Virus record (IMG/VR): IMGVR_UViG_2667527787_000008
Length of the DNA: 42,793 nucleotides
Direction: 5' to 3' (one strand)
From: a virus
Taxonomy: Duplodnaviria; Heunggongvirae; Uroviricota; Caudoviricetes
The notes under the pieces were generated by a model. That model made no database searches, was not told the DNA's origin, and saw only the letters and a list, made by a program, of their open reading frames with translations. Of this stretch, positions 1 to 9,015 are shown piece after piece. The translations under genes and the position numbers were made by a program. The first letter of the stretch is position 1; every line of letters begins with the position of its first letter.

Positions 1-1194
1 ATGATCACCGACACAAAGCTCAGGAAGGCGCTCGGCAAGAAAAGAGATGATATCGAGATTATTTCTGATTCGCACGGGCTCAACGCCAGAATCAGCCAGG
101 CCGGAAAAATATCATTTTTCTATCGGTATCGCTGGGCCGGTAAAGCGGTAAAACTCAATGTTGGTGATTATCCTGCAATGAGTATCACCCAGGCAAGAGA
201 GCGTCGCCAACAATTCAGAAACTGGTTAACTGAGGGACTGGATCCGCGAGAGCAGGTGAAGCTGGATAAGCAGACCCGACAGGAAGCGATGTCCGTTGCC
301 GAAGCGTTCAATTACTGGATTGAAAGGCACTGTATCGCTAACGGGCTAGTTAAAGTCGATTACTATCGCCAGGTGTTTGAGAAACATATCGCCGAACCGA
401 TGAAGAATGTCAAAGTCGATAACACAGCGAAAATGCACTGGATCAACGTCTTCGATTCTATAGAAAGCAGGGTGATGGCTCATTACATGCTTTCGCTGTG
501 CAAACGGGCCTTTAGGTTCTGCGTTAACAGAAGTGTGATCGCCTCAAACCCACTCGAGGGATTACTGCCATCTGATGTCGGGCAAAAGCCTAAAAAGAGA
601 ACTCGCAGGATGGACGATGACGATCTGCGCAAAATCTATCAGTGGTTGAAAAGCCATATGTCGATAGAGTCCGTTTTCCTGGTGAAATTTATTATGCTTA
701 CCGGATGCCGTACGGCTGAGATTCGACTTAGTGAGAGATCATGGTTTCGATTGGATGATAATGAGTGGGTCGTGCCTGCGGGCAGTTATAAAACTCGGGT
801 ACATATTAGAAGGGGACTCTCAGACGCCGCCGTTAACCTGGTCAGAAATCACCTCAAGAAAATAAACACCAATCACCTGGTGACTTCACAACGTAAAATT
901 GATGGCGGGATCAAAGATTCGCCCGTTCATTCACCTGTGGCATCCAATTACGCCCGTTCTATTTGGAATGGAACAGGTATGGCAGAGTGGTCGCTTCATG
1001 ATATGAGGCGGACGATAGCCACAAATCTCTCTGAGTTAGGTTGCCCGCCGCACGTAATTGAAAAGCTGCTCGGGCATCAGATGGTGGGGGTTATGGCGCA
1101 TTACAACCTTCATGACTATATCGATGATCAGAAACACTGGCTCCGCGTTTGGCAGAGCCATCTTGAAGAGATCATCGGAGAGCCCTTCAGTTAA
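1..1194 (+). CDS. int: Tyrosine recombinase / phage integrase, P4-type with N-terminal arm-binding domain
   Basis: 397 aa ORF; N-terminus [14 protein letters not shown]...[10 protein letters not shown] typical of P4-family integrases; C-terminal catalytic region with HDMRRT, LLGH and HY motifs. Confidence 0.85.
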
Positions 1195-1433
1195 TTTATC
1201 TTCTTTTTATCCTCCCACTCTTTGATTGACTCAGAGCGCCAGCGGTTAGGGTTGCCGGGCCAGTCAGGGGGTGGGAACGGGCATACGAAGCCCCGAGGCA
1301 TTGTGTCTGCACTTTGCCATGACCAAAGGGTTTTGCGTGAAATTTTGTAGCGACTGGTCAGGTCTGACGTTACCAAAATATCATCCATAGCTCTCTCCAG
1401 TTGCCCGTTCGGGCCATTCAAAATCTTTTTCAA
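1191..1433 (-). CDS. AlpA/Xis-family excisionase-like winged-helix regulator
   Basis: 80 aa; motif SRKTLWSWQ...[21 protein letters not shown] resembles the AlpA/Xis pattern (FP.P...RW...W); adjacent to int. Confidence 0.55.
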
Positions 1434-1672
1434 CCAACCTGCCCGGGCAGGGAGCGGAGACGGCGCATGCCGGTCATCGCTGTGGCCACGTAGCTCGCCT
1501 TTCGGTTCACCACCTCCACCCAGACTTTCACGCCTTCAACCTTCACCGTATAAGTCTCTTTCATCTTGCTTCGCCCATAGTCGCCATATGTTTGCAAGTG
1601 AGCTGCCAGCGCGATGTCGCATGCTTGGCGAGCTAAAGGTGATTGCTTACTTCCTCGATTGATCAGTCGCAT
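1430..1672 (-). CDS. Hypothetical protein, leftward early operon
   Basis: 80 aa ORF co-oriented with and overlapping the xis-like gene by 4 nt. Confidence 0.35.
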   Translation of the reverse strand: MRLINRGSKQSPLARQACDIALAAHLQTYGDYGRSKMKETYTVKVEGVKVWVEVVNRKASYVATAMTGMRRLRSLPGQVG

Positions 1673-1710
1673 ATAATCTCCTTGAGGGAGGGTTACCCCT
1701 CCCGGTCTCG

Positions 1711-2829
1711 TCAGGCCACGTATTCCGGTTTCATATCCGCCAGGGTGATGCTGAATTGATCGTGCAGTTCATCGCCTAAGTGACGCTTTGAAGATGCAAG
1801 CATGCGCTCGGCTTCAGCGAACCGTTCGGATGCATGCGGCTCGTCGGGCTGGGGCAGGGATTTAATAGCCTCCTCAACCTTGTTGCGTGCATCCACTAGG
1901 TAATAACGCTTTACGGCTTTGTTTTTCAGCTCGGTGAATAGTGCGGATCCCAGCGTAGCTTTCGCCGTTTCAATGTCGGCACGCAGCGATTTGGCGCTAT
2001 CCACGTCCTGAGCAGATTCGATGCGTTCGCGGAAATCATCGGCAAGAGAGTCGACATTTACCGACGATTCCTGTGCGCTTTGCGTGGTTGTGACGGTGTC
2101 ACCTGAGATATCAGCCAGGCTAACGCGTTGCGGCGTTGGGTTGATCTCTTTTTCTGTGCGCTGTTCAATCTCATCAGGGGTGTACACACCAAGAACAACT
2201 GCAGGGCAATACAGGCGCGCCCAGTATTTGAGTGCCAGATAAGCGATCTGCTGTTTCGGGTTTGATACCCAAAGTGGAGAATTACGTGTGATTACGCTGG
2301 AGAGGAAAACAGGCTCTCCCCAGGTGATATCACTTTCACCGCGAATAACGGCACCTACCCGTACCGACAGTCCTTGTTCATCAGCACTTTCCCAACCGCG
2401 TACCATTTCTTTCTTGTCGTACGTCCCGCCACCTTTCGCAGGCTTTTTAACGGTTATCTCGCGGCTGCTGGCACATTTCGACCAGTCGCCCTCGTACTCA
2501 TAGTGAAAGCGGCCAACGATGGCGTTTGAGCTGGAGATCACCGCATTAACCAGTTGCGCTTCGTATCCCAGGACACCGTTAACCAGGTGCGTCTTTTGCG
2601 CCACGGCGTAAGGGTTCATACCCCACTGCATCGCCTGCATGATGATGGCCATGCAGTCTGCCGGATTGCCGCGGAGGTGCTCAGGCACCGTTACGGCTGC
2701 CTGTGCCATCAACCCGGCGACAGACTGAAGCTGGGTTAAAGCCTGCACGTTGAAAATGGCATTGCTGGCTGAGATCGTGTTTGGAGTCTGCTGTTCAGCG
2801 GTTACGATATTCGTGTTTTCCATCATCAT
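1711..2829 (-). CDS. RecT/Red-beta-like single-strand annealing recombinase
   Basis: 372 aa ORF immediately downstream of the RecE-like gene; motif QWGMNPYAVAQKTHLVNGVLGYEAQL resembles the conserved core of RecT/Bet annealing proteins. Confidence 0.5.
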   Translation of the reverse strand: MMMENTNIVTAEQQTPNTISASNAIFNVQALTQLQSVAGLMAQAAVTVPEHLRGNPADCMAIIMQAMQWGMNPYAVAQKTHLVNGVLGYEAQLVNAVISSSNAIVGRFHYEYEGDWSKCASSREITVKKPAKGGGTYDKKEMVRGWESADEQGLSVRVGAVIRGESDITWGEPVFLSSVITRNSPLWVSNPKQQIAYLALKYWARLYCPAVVLGVYTPDEIEQRTEKEINPTPQRVSLADISGDTVTTTQSAQESSVNVDSLADDFRERIESAQDVDSAKSLRADIETAKATLGSALFTELKNKAVKRYYLVDARNKVEEAIKSLPQPDEPHASERFAEAERMLASSKRHLGDELHDQFSITLADMKPEYVA

Positions 2830-2834
2830 TCCCC

Positions 2835-5800
2835 TTATGCCTGAGTACGCAGCGCTTCAAGGCGGCGCAGGTCGAAGTCGTTCAGTTCGTCGGTGTAGTC
2901 AGCAGTGATTGGCGCTGGCCATTCACCTGTGTCGAATCCGGTTGCGATATTGCGCATCGCTTTGCGGTACTCGAGCATACCCAGCTCCAGTAGTTCAGCG
3001 GATGCCTCGATGATGGCGATCCAGTGGTAGTTCTCGTCTTTGTTGACGAAAATCCAGAAGAACTGATCCAGCGCTGCGGTTTCGCAGTACATAGCCGCGC
3101 TCAGGTGATAATCACGTTCAATAATTTCCCGGTGTAGCCTGGCGCGCAGGCTTTCCTGCTTAACATTCCACATGCTGATGGTTTTCAGGTCAGCACCGAT
3201 ACGCACGCCGTCTAGGTCGATCTCAAGGTCAGGGCGCACACGAACTTCCAGTCCCGTCTCCTCGTCAAAGCCAAAGTAGCTCACCTCAACGGCGCGGCTC
3301 GGGTGGGTTAGCAGCATGCCTGCGGTCGGGTGCGAGAGCAGTGCTGACTGAATTGCCTGCGCGGTGGCAAGTTGCTGGTGGGTAACCAGCACTTTCCCTT
3401 CCGGGTTGTTGCGCCACGCATCGAGCAGCTCGTCGGCGAACACTGCATCTGGTTTGACTGCCTTCACGGCCTGAATCAGATCGGCCTTCGTGCCAGAGAC
3501 TTTCAGCGGTTGCAGCTTCTGAGCTTCCTGCGCGACCAGGTCAGGATTGATAATCGCAAGTTGTTCGAGTAGTGCGTCGCGGCTGCCGCTGGTTTTAATC
3601 TGCGCTGGCAGGGTGGCGTTGTACTCTTTGATGCACGCCTTCATTGCTGTTGCTGTCTTCTTCTGATCTGCATCGATACGTTGGAATTCAGCTGGCAGCG
3701 CCATATAGTTCTGCGCCGTTTCATCCAGGCTAGCGCCCAGCGGCACCAGCGCTGGCAGGGTGGCGTTGTATTCATCCAGCAAAGCTTTGATATCGTCTGC
3801 GCTCAGTTGCGCTGGCAGGCTGGCGTTGTACTCATCAATAAACGCGCGGATCGTTGCCGTGGTGGTAAATGCACCTTCCGGAATTACGGGTTCAACGCTA
3901 AATTCTTCATCGAGCTGTTCTGGCTGCAACGCCAGCGCATGTACCAGGTTTCCCATGTCCAGCACTGAGGAGCGCTCTTTGACGATGGTTTTCTCAACGT
4001 GGCGCGCATTGAAGTACATCAGCGAAACGCGCGCATCTTTTACCTGGGTGGAACTGATGCCGTTGGCAGCGTGGTAAACCTCGTTCGGCAGACCTTCATA
4101 GCGCCCAGGCTCGAAGTAATCGGGGTAAAAAACAGCTTGTTCGTCAGATTGCGCCTCTGGCTCGACGTGTGCCAAAACTGGTTCAGTCTGGTTTACAGAA
4201 TCGCTATTTTGAGCGACAGATTCCGTATTTTGGTTTACATCGGCCTGCTGGCCGGGATGTGACTCTTCACCAGTTTCCAGACTGCTTTCGCCTGACTGCA
4301 TTTCATTACCAACATTTTTTTCATCACTGACAGTTTCTTGAACCTGCACATTGCTGGTGGTTTCCGTAGCCTGTTTCGTGCCATGAGTTGCTGAGTTCTG
4401 CAGTAAAGCCGTAACATCGAATATTCCGTTGCCGACATTTTTAACCAGTTCTTGTTCGGCTTTATGTGGTTGTGCTGTCGCTTCCTCTGCGCGGCGGCGT
4501 GCTTCTTCTTCACGTACGCGTTGCAGGTTCTCTTCGTGAGTGCAGAAGGGTTTGCGTGGAGACTCCTTACTTTCAGGTTGGGGAATTTCCTGTGTTGCGG
4601 GCTCAGCTTCATGCAATGGCAATAACTCAACAGCAGCATTAAACGCAGCAGTCATGGTCCGGTTAACAAACTCCAGGTGAGCGACAGGAGTTAGATGAAT
4701 ATTTTCCGGCGCGATACGTATCAGGTTAAAAATAGCTGTGCGGTTAACGCCAAGAACGCCGGGTTGATTGCGCAGAATGCTGCTCCATGATTTCCACGGT
4801 TCTTCTTTTTTGGTCACGATTTCTTTAGCGCGACGAAGAATGCTGCCCGGGATCTCGAAGTGGTTGAAGTCCATAGGCAGAAGGGCACATGCAATCTCTA
4901 AATCGAGAGTGTCAAGGGTATGGTATGCATCAGGTCCACGGTCAGTGACGTAACCGCCGTTGGCATTGGTTCCGGAATCAGTACGCTGAACACTACTGAT
5001 GTGATTACCGGCAGCCCATTCACGCGCCAGGATGCCACGGTCAATGTAATCAGTCGCCGCCCACATTCTGGTGAAACGGAGTACCAGCGCGAGTTCGTGA
5101 CGCTTGTCCTGGCTGAACACTTTGCGAATGGCATCGGTGTAGCGCCACAGGTCTTTGGTGTCGTAACCCTTCACGTCCGGGCAGTTCTCAGCAGCTAACA
5201 GCAAGTTCTGGACGTAACTGTTATCAGTGTCCATCTCCAGCGCGCCGATAGCTTCGTACTCTTCGCGGGTTACGTGGTGGCGCAGTTCGTCGGCGGTGAA
5301 CTGGGAAAGCAGTTGCTTACGAAACGGCATCTGCACTACCGGGTAGAGGGTTGAGTCGTCGTCGTGTTCGTCCAGCGTGATGCCAGCGGTTTCTGGCAGC
5401 GTTGACTCAGTAGTTATGTGACTATCAACGGTCTGAGCCGTTTTCTCGTCAGAGTTTTCAGCTGTGACTTTTGGCATCCAGGTGCGGTCATCGTTCTGCA
5501 GTTCGTAGCGTTTGCACCAGGTGTAATCCACTGCGCCTTCTTCCGGCAGGTCGTCATATACCGGGAAATCGGTGCGGATTGGTTTGGCATAATCTTTACC
5601 GCGGCCAGTTTCTTCAATTCCGGCTTCTTCCAGTGCCACATCGAGTTGGAGATTGGCGCGCGCTACACTTTTCGCAGTGAACCAAATCACTGCATCTTTC
5701 TTGCCAGACTTCTGACTGGCTTTTATCAGATGGAAAAATTCCATGTGAGATCCTCTTTTTTGAGTGTTAGAATCCCCGGGCCAGAGATAGCGCCCATTGG

Positions 5801-5849
5801 ATGTTTTTTGGTTTGGTATAAATTCCGGTGTAACTTTGGTCGGTGGCAC
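2835..5849 (-). CDS. RecE-like exonuclease VIII (large multidomain protein, C-terminal nuclease domain)
   Basis: 1004 aa ORF, GTG start; position upstream of the RecT-like gene as in Rac recE-recT; central tandem EYNA(S/T)LPA repeats. Confidence 0.5.
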   Translation of the reverse strand: MPPTKVTPEFIPNQKTSNGRYLWPGDSNTQKRGSHMEFFHLIKASQKSGKKDAVIWFTAKSVARANLQLDVALEEAGIEETGRGKDYAKPIRTDFPVYDDLPEEGAVDYTWCKRYELQNDDRTWMPKVTAENSDEKTAQTVDSHITTESTLPETAGITLDEHDDDSTLYPVVQMPFRKQLLSQFTADELRHHVTREEYEAIGALEMDTDNSYVQNLLLAAENCPDVKGYDTKDLWRYTDAIRKVFSQDKRHELALVLRFTRMWAATDYIDRGILAREWAAGNHISSVQRTDSGTNANGGYVTDRGPDAYHTLDTLDLEIACALLPMDFNHFEIPGSILRRAKEIVTKKEEPWKSWSSILRNQPGVLGVNRTAIFNLIRIAPENIHLTPVAHLEFVNRTMTAAFNAAVELLPLHEAEPATQEIPQPESKESPRKPFCTHEENLQRVREEEARRRAEEATAQPHKAEQELVKNVGNGIFDVTALLQNSATHGTKQATETTSNVQVQETVSDEKNVGNEMQSGESSLETGEESHPGQQADVNQNTESVAQNSDSVNQTEPVLAHVEPEAQSDEQAVFYPDYFEPGRYEGLPNEVYHAANGISSTQVKDARVSLMYFNARHVEKTIVKERSSVLDMGNLVHALALQPEQLDEEFSVEPVIPEGAFTTTATIRAFIDEYNASLPAQLSADDIKALLDEYNATLPALVPLGASLDETAQNYMALPAEFQRIDADQKKTATAMKACIKEYNATLPAQIKTSGSRDALLEQLAIINPDLVAQEAQKLQPLKVSGTKADLIQAVKAVKPDAVFADELLDAWRNNPEGKVLVTHQQLATAQAIQSALLSHPTAGMLLTHPSRAVEVSYFGFDEETGLEVRVRPDLEIDLDGVRIGADLKTISMWNVKQESLRARLHREIIERDYHLSAAMYCETAALDQFFWIFVNKDENYHWIAIIEASAELLELGMLEYRKAMRNIATGFDTGEWPAPITADYTDELNDFDLRRLEALRTQA

Positions 5850-5882
5850 CGGACGTGAATCTCGCCTTGCGCGGGGTTTTCG

Positions 5883-6044
5883 TTATGCTTCGTGGGCCAT
5901 CTGGTCGAACGAAGCGCAACGTACTGAACAGTAATCACGTTGCTCGCGTTTCAACTGCGTGCCGTGGATAAAGAGCAGTTCGTTTTTAACTTCCTTCCCT
6001 TGCTTGATCGGCTTGCGGCAGTACGCGCATTTTTTCTCCTGCAT
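5883..6044 (-). CDS. Small zinc-ribbon protein (53 aa, CxxC...CxxxC), YdaE-like position upstream of recE-like gene
   Basis: Hand-translated ORF MQEKKCAYCRKPIKQGKEV...DYCSVRCASFDQMAHEA with a GGAG ribosome-binding site; too short for the ORF track. Confidence 0.4.
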   Translation of the reverse strand: MQEKKCAYCRKPIKQGKEVKNELLFIHGTQLKREQRDYCSVRCASFDQMAHEA

Positions 6045-6055
6045 AACTCACTCCG

Positions 6056-6262
6056 TTAATGGCTAAGGCCATGTCCTAAACCGTTTAGATAAACCTCAAC
6101 CAGCAAATCTTTGGTGTAGGTACGTTCGATGCCACGGTGAAGATACAGGCGACCGCGTGCGTTAGCAGATGCGGTCCAGGTTGAGTCTTTGTGTTTTACA
6201 AGCATCCCCGGCTGAACTGCGCCGCGGTTTACTGTCTGTGTACCGTAGTGCTGATGAACCAT
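6056..6262 (-). CDS. Hypothetical small protein (68 aa from internal ATG; ORF open to 6406 with TTG)
   Basis: ATG at 6262 preceded by a GGAGA ribosome-binding site; sits between the oL region and the zinc-ribbon ORF (kil/N-like position), no recognisable motif. Confidence 0.3.
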   Translation of the reverse strand: MVHQHYGTQTVNRGAVQPGMLVKHKDSTWTASANARGRLYLHRGIERTYTKDLLVEVYLNGLGHGLSH

Positions 6263-6519
6263 GATGTTCTCCACTATTGCTGAGTGAACTTCGCTGGTGG
6301 TGCCGTGACGCTGATCTTCACAGTTGAGCGTTTTAACTCTGCAATTCACCACCGCGAAGCTCACTTCTGTGTTTGCCCTTGTCGCCAGGCTGGCGGAACG
6401 TTTCAAACCTACTGCGCGTTAATATCACCACCTCATTCCGGTTTTCGTATGCCCCGGACGGCTACTTCGTGGGCTCCATGCCTGGGTGGTTCGTGGTGCG
6501 TCTTGGTGAGTTAGATTAA

Positions 6520-6580
6520 ATCACTGGTTTATATATGTGTCAACTTAAGGTTAGTGTTAATTGTAAATCTGAGGTTTATG
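6520..6580. promoter_or_regulatory. Putative leftward operator/promoter region (oL-like) with GGTTTAT repeats
   Basis: Motif TAAATCTGaGGTTTA at about 6564-6578 recurs in the repressor/cro intergenic region; second GGTTTAT at about 6526-6532. Confidence 0.3.
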
Positions 6581-6617
6581 TGGCTGGGTTTTGTGACACG
6601 TCTGCAGAATCGCAGGC

Positions 6618-6645
6618 AAAAAAAATCCCGACGCGTGGTCGGGAT
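6618..6645 (-). terminator. Rho-independent terminator closing the repressor-linked operon
   Basis: 7 bp GC-rich stem (TCCCGAC / GTCGGGA) with 5 nt loop, followed on the minus strand by a run of 8 U. Confidence 0.55.
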
Positions 6646-6717
6646 GAGAAGGTTCGGGGAAGGCGACAGAGTTAGTAGCTGAGAGCCTTATAACTCAGGC
6701 GTATTGACCAAATCTGA

Positions 6718-7239
6718 CTAAAAGAAGTGCATAAAAGCTTTGTACAGCCCTGTACCAATGGCGATAATCGCAGGGACACCTAAGAGAATCGCCAATTTAG
6801 CATCAGAGATTTTCTTGTCCACTGTGTCTGATGAGGGCTTTTTGTCTACAGACTCTTTGATACTAGACAGCCTCTCCAAAACTACAGCCATATTTTTGTC
6901 CAGTGAATTCACTGTCGTATCAACTTTTGAAACTGTGTTTTTTATCTCGGCAACATCTTTCTTGATGTGGGCAACTTCAACCTCAAGAATAGCCAATCTC
7001 TTTTCCATGTCGTCACCTCCATCTTCAGTTGACGTATGAATGATTTCAGTATCATCCATAGCAACTGATGTGACAATCCGTTTTTGTTTATCCGAAGCGG
7101 CAAAACTACAAGCACCCATAAGGAAGGTTGCTTGGCTCGAAGCTACTGATGAAAACTCTAAGCCTACTGTAGCTCCGCTATGGTCTGAATATGCAATCAA
7201 TAACTTCCCTTCACCAAGAGATGATTGAGCCGCATCCAT
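6718..7239 (-). CDS. Tail-anchored coiled-coil membrane protein (173 aa), candidate exclusion/abortive-infection effector
   Basis: ATG at 7239; central heptad-like region (EKRLAILEVEVAHIKKDVAEIKNTV...), C-terminal hydrophobic helix LAILLGVPAIIAIGTGLY; low GC; follows the 93 aa gene after a double TAA stop. Confidence 0.5.
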   Translation of the reverse strand: MDAAQSSLGEGKLLIAYSDHSGATVGLEFSSVASSQATFLMGACSFAASDKQKRIVTSVAMDDTEIIHTSTEDGGDDMEKRLAILEVEVAHIKKDVAEIKNTVSKVDTTVNSLDKNMAVVLERLSSIKESVDKKPSSDTVDKKISDAKLAILLGVPAIIAIGTGLYKAFMHFF

Positions 7240-7245
7240 CAATTA

Positions 7246-7527
7246 TTATTCCTCAAACATACTTTTTAAGGATTGATAAAAATCATAAGCCTTTTGTTTG
7301 CTTAAAGTCACAGACACAACTTTGGTTCGCTGCATGCCCTTGACGACTATATCCGCATTATCCGTACCGATGATCGGGCTGCTATTCAGGAACACAAAAT
7401 TGTAAACTTCGTAACCGGCATTTTGTGTGCCGATTGTTACGACACCGTCAGCATTGGTCTCGATGAAATTTTTCGCTTCGATTACATCATTAAGATGCAT
7501 AAGTTCGACGGTTGTTTCTTTAGACAC
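7246..7527 (-). CDS. Hypothetical 93 aa protein, first gene of the repressor-linked cassette
   Basis: GTG start with GGAGGA ribosome-binding site 64 nt downstream of the repressor stop; same strand; low GC; no recognisable motif. Confidence 0.5.
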   Translation of the reverse strand: MSKETTVELMHLNDVIEAKNFIETNADGVVTIGTQNAGYEVYNFVFLNSSPIIGTDNADIVVKGMQRTKVVSVTLSKQKAYDFYQSLKSMFEE

Positions 7528-7591
7528 CGAATCCTCCAGAAGATATTAAATCTTGAAATATTTTTATTACATGGAATTAGATACTACTGGT

Positions 7592-7981
7592 TTAGGTTTG
7601 CTCACCTTGCGATCGAATCCGACCCTTCATGTACTTCTCGTACAGCTCATCTAACTCTTTCAGGCGAAGCGCAAAAATGCGGAGCATGTTCTGCTGCTCT
7701 TCTTCCGGTAACTGGCGGTAGAGCTCGAGCAAACGCTGTTCGTCCGGTTTGAGACCGTCTTTCTCCCCAACGTCTTCACCGAGTAGCCAGGCGACAGAAA
7801 TACCAACAGCGTCGGCTATGGCCAGTGCCGATTTCTTACTAATCACGCCTTTTTTGAACCAGCCGTTTACGGCCTGAGGGGTGACTCCAGCTATTCTTGC
7901 CATGTCTGCTTTGGTAACGCCGCGATCAGTGATCTCAGTAAGGCGCTCCACCAGAACGAGGTTGGGTTCTTCTTTTCTCAT
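7592..7981 (-). CDS. Prophage repressor, DicA-like Cro/C1-type HTH protein (129 aa)
   Basis: HTH segment TKADMARIAGVTPQAVNGW; C-terminal LLELYRQLPEEEQ... resembles DicA; the ORF-track N-terminal extension to 8251 is rejected; divergent from the cro-like gene. Confidence 0.7.
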   Translation of the reverse strand: MRKEEPNLVLVERLTEITDRGVTKADMARIAGVTPQAVNGWFKKGVISKKSALAIADAVGISVAWLLGEDVGEKDGLKPDEQRLLELYRQLPEEEQQNMLRIFALRLKELDELYEKYMKGRIRSQGEQT

Positions 7982-7994
7982 ATGGTCATTGTAA

Positions 7995-8058
7995 ATATTT
8001 GGTTTATGCACGCAATAAATCCAAAGTTTGCATGAAGTATAAATCTGTGGTTTACTTC
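7995..8058. promoter_or_regulatory. Putative oR-like operator/divergent promoter region
   Basis: Intergenic region between divergent repressor and cro-like genes; GGTTTAT at about 8001-8007 and TAAATCTGtGGTTTA at about 8040-8054, shared with oL. Confidence 0.35.
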
Positions 8059-8083
8059 TGCTATCAATAAGCAGGAGAAGCAC

Positions 8084-8302
8084 ATGTCCGCACTCGATAA
8101 AGCAATTAAAGCCGCTGGCTCTGCCAGAAAGCTCAGCATCGCGCTTGGTGTGACGAGTATGTCTGTAAGTCATTGGAAGAATCGTGACCAAGGGATCGTC
8201 CCGCCAAGCTATATCTTCCCGATTTTCAAAATGACAGGCGTAACCCCCCACGAGCTGCGCCCTGATCTCTATCCAAATCCCACTGACGGATTACCAAAGT
8301 AG
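8084..8302 (+). CDS. Cro-like HTH regulator (YdaS/DicC-type)
   Basis: 72 aa; AGGAGA ribosome-binding site; motif KLSIALGVTSMSVSHWKNRD; divergent from the repressor. Confidence 0.6.
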   Translation: MSALDKAIKAAGSARKLSIALGVTSMSVSHWKNRDQGIVPPSYIFPIFKMTGVTPHELRPDLYPNPTDGLPK

Positions 8303-8313
8303 GAGCACTGACA

Positions 8314-8871
8314 ATGCAAACACTTTCTTTTCAACAGAATAACAGAGCGCCATCAGAGCACCTGAAATTCCAGTATCAACACAGTGAGGCTGAAGGCCAG
8401 CCGGTCGATCACCGGGCTATCTGTTCTGCCGTCCGCGCCTGGGCGGCGGCAGAGGGCCGCGTGGCGGTCGCTCTGGCGATTAAAGAGGCTGCCGAACAGG
8501 CCGAGCTTGACAGCATTGACATGACCGGCAGCGCCGATGTGTGGAACGTGAAGCTGTTTCGCTGGCTGGACAACCACGAGAAATCACCGGCCTACCGGGC
8601 GAACGTCGAGCAGCTGGCGCCGGTAATAATTTCGGTTCTGCCGCTGGCGTACCGGGATCGCGTGATTAAGCACGACTGCTTTGCGGTTCGTGTCGCCAGG
8701 TCGGTGAAAGAAGACGCTGAGGCGATACAGGCTGTCGTCCTCAAAGCCCCCAGACACGAACGGATGAAGGAAATCAGCGAGAGCATCGTAGCCAAGCTCT
8801 ACCTGGACGGACCTGATTCTGTGGCGCCCATTATGGCGATGGTTACAACGATGCTGGGTGGTGCGCTATGA
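8314..8871 (+). CDS. Putative CII-analog / YdaT-like early regulatory protein
   Basis: 185 aa ORF directly after the cro-like gene; assignment by position and weak resemblance only. Confidence 0.35.
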   Translation: MQTLSFQQNNRAPSEHLKFQYQHSEAEGQPVDHRAICSAVRAWAAAEGRVAVALAIKEAAEQAELDSIDMTGSADVWNVKLFRWLDNHEKSPAYRANVEQLAPVIISVLPLAYRDRVIKHDCFAVRVARSVKEDAEAIQAVVLKAPRHERMKEISESIVAKLYLDGPDSVAPIMAMVTTMLGGAL

Positions 8872-9015
8872 CGGGCTCAGAAATGGCGAAAGCCGCGGTG
8901 CTCGAACACCAACGGCTTTCAGGTGCAAAAACTGTGCGTAATTGCGGAGAACAGTATGTCAAATACCGCTGAAATATTCAAATTCCCCACACAGCAGGGG
9001 AAACAGGAGAGCAGC

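Noticed and set aside
3372-5198. Several plus-strand ORFs of 60-105 aa inside the RecE-like gene
   Set aside because: All lie antisense within a long well-supported coding region; no start signals
7982-8251. N-terminal 90 aa extension of the repressor ORF as given in the ORF track
   Set aside because: Would run through the oR/cro promoter region and overlap the divergent cro-like gene; the HTH protein starts at the ATG at 7981
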